Shown here in pieces: positions 58,194 through 64,000 of a stretch of 64,000 bases of DNA. The notes beneath the pieces are model-generated. The model ran no database searches, was not told the origin of the DNA, and worked only from the letters and a program-made list of their open reading frames with translations. The stretch covers positions 757 to 64,756 of the forward strand of contig JBPCON010000033.1 in the NCBI GenBank assembly GCA_051000215.1, given 5' to 3'. Numbering within the stretch: position 1 is the stretch's first letter; each line of letters starts with the position of its first letter. This DNA comes from Acidimicrobiales bacterium. Its GTDB lineage: Bacteria > Actinomycetota > Acidimicrobiia > Acidimicrobiales > JACDCH01. A program made the position numbers and the translations under genes.

Positions 58194-59411
58194 ATGCCTT
58201 ACACATCAGGGCGGGTCGTCCACGACGCCGACGCCCACATCATGGAGACCCCGACCTGGCTGCGCGACCACGCCGACCCGTCGGTGCGCGATCGCATCGC
58301 ACCCCTCCGCTATCCCGGCGGCAACGAGCTCAAGCAGACGGGCGACGTCGCTGCGCAGCAGGCCGACCTCGTCGCAGCGTTCGACCGCCTCGCAGCGAAG
58401 CACCGCTCCGACGACTACGTCGCCGTCGAGCAGGCCGAGATCATGATGCGCAAGAACTTCGCTGCTACAGGGGCGTTTCTCCCCGAGGATCGCGGCCGGG
58501 CCCTCGACCTGCTCGGCTTCTCGAGCCAGCTCGTGTTCAACACGTTCCACAACCGGCGCCTGCGCGACTGGGAGCACAGCGGCGACCTCGACCTCGCCTA
58601 CGGAGCAGCTCGCGCCCACAACCGCGGGATGGTCGAGTTCTGCTCGATCGACGAGCGGCTCCTCGCCACGTGCTACGTGCCCCTCGCCGACCCTGAGCGC
58701 GCTGTCGCGTTCGCTGGTGAAGCGATCGAGCTCGGCGCGGCGGCGCTGCTCATCGCGTCGAGCTGCCCCGCGGGCCGAAGCCCAAGCCACATCGCCTTCG
58801 ACCCGGTGTGGGCGCAGGCCGAGGCTGCCGGCATCCCGATCGTCTTCCACGTCGGCGGCACCGGCGACCTCATCGAGCGCGACTACTTCAACAACGGCCT
58901 GCCGATCCCGCCCGACTTCCACGGCGGCGAGGAGAACTTCCGCTCGGTCGACTACATGGGCATCCCGCACCCGCCCATGCAGGCGTTGGCCACCCTCATC
59001 TTCGACGGCGTCCTCGAGCGGTTCCCGACGTTGCGCTTCGCAGCGATCGAGCAGGGGGCCATCTGGGTGCCGTCGTGGATGCGCCAGATGGAGTCGGCCT
59101 TCGATGCGTTCCACCGCCACGAGGAGCGCATCGAACAGCTCTCGATGCGACCGAGCGACTACGTGCGCCGCCAGGTGCGCGCCACGCCCTACCCGACAGA
59201 AGACGTCGGATGGATCATCGAGCAGAGCGGGCCCGAAGTGTGCATGTTCTCCTCCGACTACCCCCACGTCGAAGGAGGCCGCAAGCCCGTCGAGCGCTTC
59301 GAGGCAAGCCTCGACGCGTCGGGCATCGGCGAGGAAGCTCGCCAGCGCTTCTGGAGCGACAACATGCTCGACCTCATGGGATCAGCTGCCGAACACCTCG
59401 CCGCCGCGTAA
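58194..59411 (+). CDS. amidohydrolase_2 family protein
   Basis: DADAH, VFH, GVLERFP and SSDYPHVE motifs. Confidence 0.9.
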   Translation: MPYTSGRVVHDADAHIMETPTWLRDHADPSVRDRIAPLRYPGGNELKQTGDVAAQQADLVAAFDRLAAKHRSDDYVAVEQAEIMMRKNFAATGAFLPEDRGRALDLLGFSSQLVFNTFHNRRLRDWEHSGDLDLAYGAARAHNRGMVEFCSIDERLLATCYVPLADPERAVAFAGEAIELGAAALLIASSCPAGRSPSHIAFDPVWAQAEAAGIPIVFHVGGTGDLIERDYFNNGLPIPPDFHGGEENFRSVDYMGIPHPPMQALATLIFDGVLERFPTLRFAAIEQGAIWVPSWMRQMESAFDAFHRHEERIEQLSMRPSDYVRRQVRATPYPTEDVGWIIEQSGPEVCMFSSDYPHVEGGRKPVERFEASLDASGIGEEARQRFWSDNMLDLMGSAAEHLAAA

Positions 59412-59475
59412 GGGTGCTGGCGGGCGTCGCTGCGACCGCTCGCTCTCAGTGTCACACCTCGGGTGCATGATGCAG

Positions 59476-59489
59476 GGAACATATGTTCG
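59476..59489. promoter_or_regulatory. LexA (SOS) box overlapping the HNH gene start
   Basis: GGAAC-ATAT-GTTCG, one mismatch from CGAAC-N4-GTTCG. Confidence 0.65.
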
Positions 59490-60745
59490 TCTCGCTCACC
59501 TTCCTGCTCGACCAGTTGGTCTCCTACAACCTGGCTGCTGAGCCGTCGACGTGGACGAGCGAGCAGGCGCTGGGCGTCGTGGCCGTGGCGTCGAGGATCA
59601 AGAACGCGGCTGGCACGTTGGAGGCCATCGCGGCTGCTCGCGTCGCGGAGACCGGCGCGTGGCGCAACAGCGGCGCGCCGACCCCAGCCGATTGGTTCGC
59701 CGGGCAAACAGGGTCGAGCACCAATCAGGCGAAAGAGCGCCTCGAGACAGCGACCGCGCTCAACGGGGGTTTGGACGCGACAGCCGAACGGGCCAAGGCG
59801 GGCAAGCTCTCAGCAGAGCAGGCCGCGGCCATCACCGACGCCGCGACCAAGAACCCCGACGCGGAAGACGAGCTGCTCGCGACCGCCGATCGGGAGTCTC
59901 TCAACGAGCTGCGCGACAAGTGCAAGACCAAGAAACGCGAAGCCGACACCGACCCCGACGCCACCCACCGCCGGTTGCGCAGCCAGCGCAGCCTGCGCCG
60001 CTACTGCGACAAGGAAGGCGCAGCACACCTGCACTGGAACTCCACCGCGGATGACGCATCGGAGATCGACACCACACTCGATGCGATCATCGACGAACTG
60101 TTCGAAACCGCACGCAAGGACAACAGGAACGAACCCCGCGACGCCTACGCCGCCGACGCGCTCACCGAAATGGCCCGCCGCGCTCGCGGCGGACCGGCGG
60201 GCCCCACCAAGTCGGCCAAGGCCGCAGCGAAATACCTCGGGCTCATCCGCGCCGACCTGTCGGCGCTCGTGCGCGGCAACGTTCAGCCCGGTGAGCTGTG
60301 TGAGATCACCGGCATCGGGCCCATCCCGGTGTCACGCGCCCGCGAACTACTCGGCGAATCCATCCTCAAGCTCGTCCTCACAAGCGGCCGCGACGCGAAC
60401 GTCACCCACCTCGGCCGCGGCGCCAACGCCACGCAACGGATCGCGCTGCTGTGGCGCTCACCCATCTGCTCTGTTGCCGGCTGCAGCCGCCGCGCCCGCC
60501 TCGAGAACGACCACATCACCACCTTCGCCGAGGTCCGCGAGACAAGCCTCGACAACCTCGAACCCAAATGCGAGCACCACCACGACCTCAAGACCTACCA
60601 AGGCTGGGAGAAACTCCCCGACACCGGGCGACAACCCATGATCCCCCCCGAAGACCCCCGCCACCCCCGCTACCGGCCACCCCCAGAGGTCGAGCCTGAG
60701 TCGCCCGGGCACAACGATCAACTGGTAGGCGCCCTCCTCAACTGA
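59483..60745 (+). CDS. DUF222 (13E12-repeat-like) HNH endonuclease
   Basis: ADAL..MAR, GIGPIP and C..GC..DH..NL..CEHHH..K motifs. Confidence 0.85.
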   Translation: MFVSLTFLLDQLVSYNLAAEPSTWTSEQALGVVAVASRIKNAAGTLEAIAAARVAETGAWRNSGAPTPADWFAGQTGSSTNQAKERLETATALNGGLDATAERAKAGKLSAEQAAAITDAATKNPDAEDELLATADRESLNELRDKCKTKKREADTDPDATHRRLRSQRSLRRYCDKEGAAHLHWNSTADDASEIDTTLDAIIDELFETARKDNRNEPRDAYAADALTEMARRARGGPAGPTKSAKAAAKYLGLIRADLSALVRGNVQPGELCEITGIGPIPVSRARELLGESILKLVLTSGRDANVTHLGRGANATQRIALLWRSPICSVAGCSRRARLENDHITTFAEVRETSLDNLEPKCEHHHDLKTYQGWEKLPDTGRQPMIPPEDPRHPRYRPPPEVEPESPGHNDQLVGALLN

Positions 60746-61244
60746 GCGCTGCGACGAGGACCTCGGGGTCTGCGACCGTAACGGTCAACGCCGAGTGGGC
60801 ACGCAGGTCGACCGGGCCGGCCTTGACCGGCTCGGCGAAGCTGATGCACACGCCGCGCGCCGTCGTCGTTGCGAACGTGAGACCGCTATCTCGCAACGAC
60901 AGGCGCGGCGGCCCCGCCACCTTAAGGAGCGAGTAGGGGCCGGTCACCTCTGCGCTCACCACGTTGGCGAGCGGGGTCCGCAGACGCCAAATGCCGAATC
61001 GCACCGCGAGCATGCCGTCGGCGATCTCGACTCGAGCCCGGCGCGGGAGGACCCCGGCCAGGATGCTGAACGGAAGGACACGCGCGTCTGAGGCGAACGC
61101 GAACGACAGCGCGCTCGGCTGCTGCGTCACGACGAGCTCGTCCTGCGAAGTGGCGGCTGGCGCCTCGAAGCTCATTGACGCGTCCTGCGCGGCGTCAACG
61201 CCGACCGGCTCGGTGTCCGGCCGATCGACCGTCAGATCGACCAC
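60738..61244 (-). CDS. conserved actinobacterial hypothetical protein; possibly frameshifted 5' part from ATG 61344
   Basis: RFG.W.L.TPL.NV, GPPRLSL.D.GLTFAT and LTVTVADP motifs. Confidence 0.7.
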   Translation of the reverse strand: MVDLTVDRPDTEPVGVDAAQDASMSFEAPAATSQDELVVTQQPSALSFAFASDARVLPFSILAGVLPRRARVEIADGMLAVRFGIWRLRTPLANVVSAEVTGPYSLLKVAGPPRLSLRDSGLTFATTTARGVCISFAEPVKAGPVDLRAHSALTVTVADPEVLVAALS

Positions 61245-61469
61245 GTCGCCGTCGATCTGACAGGTGCTCGCGCACCTCCATCTCGAACTCCCGCTCCAAC
61301 AGGTCGTCGCGCTTGGGTCCGACCCTGTTCCCGCCTGCCTCCATGCGTGGACCTCCGTCTCAGGGCGTTCGTCAGACCTTCCCCGAAGCGGACGTCGTCA
61401 TCGTTTACCACCCGGCGCGCACGCAGCTCCCTGGCAATCCCCGAGCAGGCTGATCAGCGGCACCCTCGA

Positions 61470-61832
61470 TCACCGCGGCTCGAGCAGCTCGATGCGGTTG
61501 CCGAAGGGGTCAGCGACGTAGACGCGGTCGTAGCCGTCGAGGGGCTCGTCGTCGACCAGATCGACGCCGGCGCCGCGCAGACGCTCGGTCAACGCAGACA
61601 GGTCGCGCACGAGAAGCGCCGGGTGGGCCTTGCGGGCGGGCCGGAAGGCACCTTCGACTCCGAGGTGGATCTTGAGCGCTCCGTCTTCGAACCAGCACCC
61701 GCCGCGCGCTGCCAGGTTTGGCGGCTTGGGCACGTTCGCGATGCCGAGCAGGCCCTCGTAGAACGCGATAGCGGCCGGCTCCTCGCCCGCCGGCATCGTG
61801 AGCTGCACGTGGTCGATCCGCTCGACTCTCAT
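61470..61832 (-). CDS. VOC/glyoxalase family protein
   Basis: IDHVQL, FYEGLLG, KAHPAL and DPFGNRIEL motifs. Confidence 0.9.
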   Translation of the reverse strand: MRVERIDHVQLTMPAGEEPAAIAFYEGLLGIANVPKPPNLAARGGCWFEDGALKIHLGVEGAFRPARKAHPALLVRDLSALTERLRGAGVDLVDDEPLDGYDRVYVADPFGNRIELLEPR

Positions 61833-61845
61833 GTCGACAAGCTTT

Positions 61846-63306
61846 CTAGCCGGGCCAGATGATGCTCTGTAGCTCGCTGTATGCGTGCAGGCCGTAGGTG
61901 CCGCCATCGCGGCCGACGCCCGACTGCTTGAAGCCGCCGAAGGGGGCCTCGTGGTTTCGCTGCGCCGTGTTGATGCCGACGTTGCCACTGCGCAGTTGGC
62001 GCGCGACGCGCATGCCGCGAGCGGAATCGCCGGTGAACACGTAGTCGTACAAGCCGAACTCGGTGCTGTTGGCCAAGGCGATGGCCTCGTCCTCGTCGTC
62101 GAAGGGCAACACGACGACGACGGGTCCGAAGAACTCCTCTTGCACGGCGCGCATGCCTTGCTTGCAAGCGGCGATGAGCGTCGGAGCAACGTAGAAGCCG
62201 GCTGCCATGTCGGGCCGCGCTCCGCCGGCCACGAGCTCGCCGCCTTCCTCGATCCCCGACTGCACGAGCGCCTCGATCCTGTCGCGCTGCACCGCGGAGA
62301 TGACGGGGCCGAGCACGGTGTCGCTTTCGAGAGGGTCGCCGACCTTGAACCGAACGGCCGCAGCGCCGAGCCGCGCAACCACTTGGTCATAGACCCCACG
62401 CTGGACGATGACCCGTGTTGGCGCTGTGCAGATCTGGCCCGAGTGGAACGCCCAGGCCGAGGTGATGGTGCCGATGGCGACCTTGAGGTTGGCATCGTCG
62501 AACACGACGCCGGCACCCTTGCCGCCGAGCTCCATCAGTTGGCGCTTCATGCCCCGCCCCGCGACCTCACCGATGCGTTGACCAACGACCGTCGAGCCCG
62601 TGAAGGAGATCATGTCGACCGAGGGCGACGCGACGATCGCCTCACCGACGCCGGCGCCGCTGCCGACGACGATGTTCACGACACCGGGAGGGAAGCCGGC
62701 CTGGTCGAGCACCTCGCCGAAGCGGAGGACAGCGAGGGGGTCTTGCGGCGCGGGTTTGACCACAACGGTGTTGCCCATTGCCAGCGCCGGGCCGATCTTG
62801 CCCGCCATGTTCACGATCGGGAAGTTGTATGGCGTGATGCAGGCCACCACGCCGACCGGCTGGCGCACTGCCACCGCGCCGATGAGCCCGCCGGGCGCAA
62901 GGGCAGTGGTCGGCATCTCCGACGGCGCGAGCGCCGTCTCGCGGGGTTCGACCGCGCCCTTGGCGTAGCGGCGCATCCGCTCGACGCACGTCGGCACCTG
63001 CATGGTCGACGCGACGCGCATCGTTGCGCCTGTCTCCGCCTGCACGAGCGGGATCAGCTCGTCGATCCTCTCGCGCAGGATGTCGCCCGCCTTGTTGAGC
63101 AGCTCCGCACGGTGTTCGGGCTTCGTTCGGCTCCACGCACCGAACGCCTCAGCTGCCGCATCGGTGGCCTGGCGAGCCTGCTCGACCGATGCCTCCGGAG
63201 CCTGACCGACGACGGTCTCGGTTGCGGGGTTCACGATGTCGTAGGTGCCTGAAGCGCCGTCGACGCGCTCACCGCCGATGAGGAGCTGGTACTCGCTGGC
63301 CATCAT
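61846..63306 (-). CDS. aldehyde dehydrogenase
   Basis: ITPYNFP, FTGS, ELGGK, GQIC, EEFFGP and PFGGFKQSG motifs. Confidence 0.95.
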   Translation of the reverse strand: MMASEYQLLIGGERVDGASGTYDIVNPATETVVGQAPEASVEQARQATDAAAEAFGAWSRTKPEHRAELLNKAGDILRERIDELIPLVQAETGATMRVASTMQVPTCVERMRRYAKGAVEPRETALAPSEMPTTALAPGGLIGAVAVRQPVGVVACITPYNFPIVNMAGKIGPALAMGNTVVVKPAPQDPLAVLRFGEVLDQAGFPPGVVNIVVGSGAGVGEAIVASPSVDMISFTGSTVVGQRIGEVAGRGMKRQLMELGGKGAGVVFDDANLKVAIGTITSAWAFHSGQICTAPTRVIVQRGVYDQVVARLGAAAVRFKVGDPLESDTVLGPVISAVQRDRIEALVQSGIEEGGELVAGGARPDMAAGFYVAPTLIAACKQGMRAVQEEFFGPVVVVLPFDDEDEAIALANSTEFGLYDYVFTGDSARGMRVARQLRSGNVGINTAQRNHEAPFGGFKQSGVGRDGGTYGLHAYSELQSIIWPG

Positions 63307-63374
63307 GTTCCCCTCGCGGTCTTGGCCGATTTCGGCCTCGCCAGGCGTCGCCCTTCTGGCGCCGGCTCGATCAT
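63303..63374 (-). repeat. MIRU-like interspersed unit, full copy 2
   Basis: encodes MIEPAPEGRRLARPKSAKTARGT*; its TGA overlaps the ALDH ATG. Confidence 0.85.
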
Positions 63375-63418
63375 GGCACCAGACTAGAACGCGTTCTAGT
63401 CTGAGAACATGATCGAGC
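63365..63418. promoter_or_regulatory. symmetric bidirectional promoter with KstR-like operator copy 2 (core 63385-63398)
   Basis: 24-bp perfect palindrome cagactagaacgcgttctagtctg; TAGTCT-6 nt-ATG on both strands. Confidence 0.8.
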
Positions 63419-64000
63419 TTGCCGAGATCCCCCGCATCATCTCCGTCGACGACCACGTGGTCGAGCCACCGACGCTGTGGACCGACCGGCTGCCGAAGAG
63501 GTACCTCGATCGCGCGCCGCGGGTCGAGCGCGACACAGCGCGCTTTCACTTCGAGGGTGGCGTCTTCTCCTTCGAGAAAGGCGTCGAAGGCGGGGAGCCG
63601 TGCGACTGGTGGCTCTACGACGACCTCGTCTACCCGTTCCCGAAGCTCTCGGCTGCCGTGGGGTTCGACGATCTCGATGTCACACCGACCACCTACGACG
63701 ACATCCGATCCGGCTGCTGGATTCAGAAAGATCGACTCGCGGACATGGACGCCAACCACATGGACGCGTCGATCTGCTTCCCGAACACGCTCCCCCGGTT
63801 CTGTGGTCAGACGTTCTACGAGCGAGACGACAAGGAGCTCGCGCTCCTCTGCGTCGAGGCGTACAACGACTGGATGCTCGACGAGTGGTGCGCCGGCGAC
63901 GGCAAAGGCCGCTTGATCCCGCTCACGATGGTGCCGCTGTGGGACGCGGGGCTCGCAGCAGCCGAGGTGCGGCGCAACGCGGCCCGGGGTAGCTACGCCG
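63409..64000 (+). CDS. amidohydrolase_2 family protein, 3' end outside window (not in ORF track)
   Basis: MIELAEIPRIISVDDHVVEPP..., ICFPN.LPRFCGQ and AYNDW. Confidence 0.9.
   Translation, partial: MIELAEIPRIISVDDHVVEPPTLWTDRLPKRYLDRAPRVERDTARFHFEGGVFSFEKGVEGGEPCDWWLYDDLVYPFPKLSAAVGFDDLDVTPTTYDDIRSGCWIQKDRLADMDANHMDASICFPNTLPRFCGQTFYERDDKELALLCVEAYNDWMLDEWCAGDGKGRLIPLTMVPLWDAGLAAAEVRRNAARGSYA

Noticed and set aside
61225-61262. Third TCTGACG-N3-CGTCAGA operator
   Set aside because: Only half-sites (ccgtcagat, atctgac) with the wrong spacing, inside a probable coding region.

Overview
High-GC, gene-dense chromosomal window from an actinobacterium (mycothiol and F420 genes, LexA boxes, many leaderless genes; Acidimicrobiia-like by inference). 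About 65 CDS. They include lipid/steroid-type catabolic enzymes, an SOS mutasome cassette (imuA-imuB-dnaE2) whose dnaE2 carries an in-frame TAG, an archaeal-style MgtE plus PhoU/RCK_C pair, rnhB, gpsA/cofC, PhoH2, a sortase-anchored putative thioester-domain adhesin and a LexA-boxed DUF222/HNH gene. An amidohydrolase/CoA-ligase catabolic cluster at 48.8-64 kb carries two different repeated palindromic operators. I see no rRNA, tRNA, CRISPR array, transposase or integrase. The most unusual signals are non-genic. First, a 72-bp interspersed repeat (two full copies plus a 21-bp deleted copy) encodes a mini-ORF chained to neighbouring genes by ATGA overlaps and supplies their ribosome-binding site (MIRU-like translational relay). 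Second, a 54-bp symmetric bidirectional leaderless promoter/operator. Also notable are a REP-like hairpin in two copies and a 7x9-aa Ser/Gly/Ile repeat protein. Several odd substitutions and frameshifts suggest some consensus error in the assembly, so single-base lesions need read-level checking. Product names come from motif recognition only; no database searches were run.
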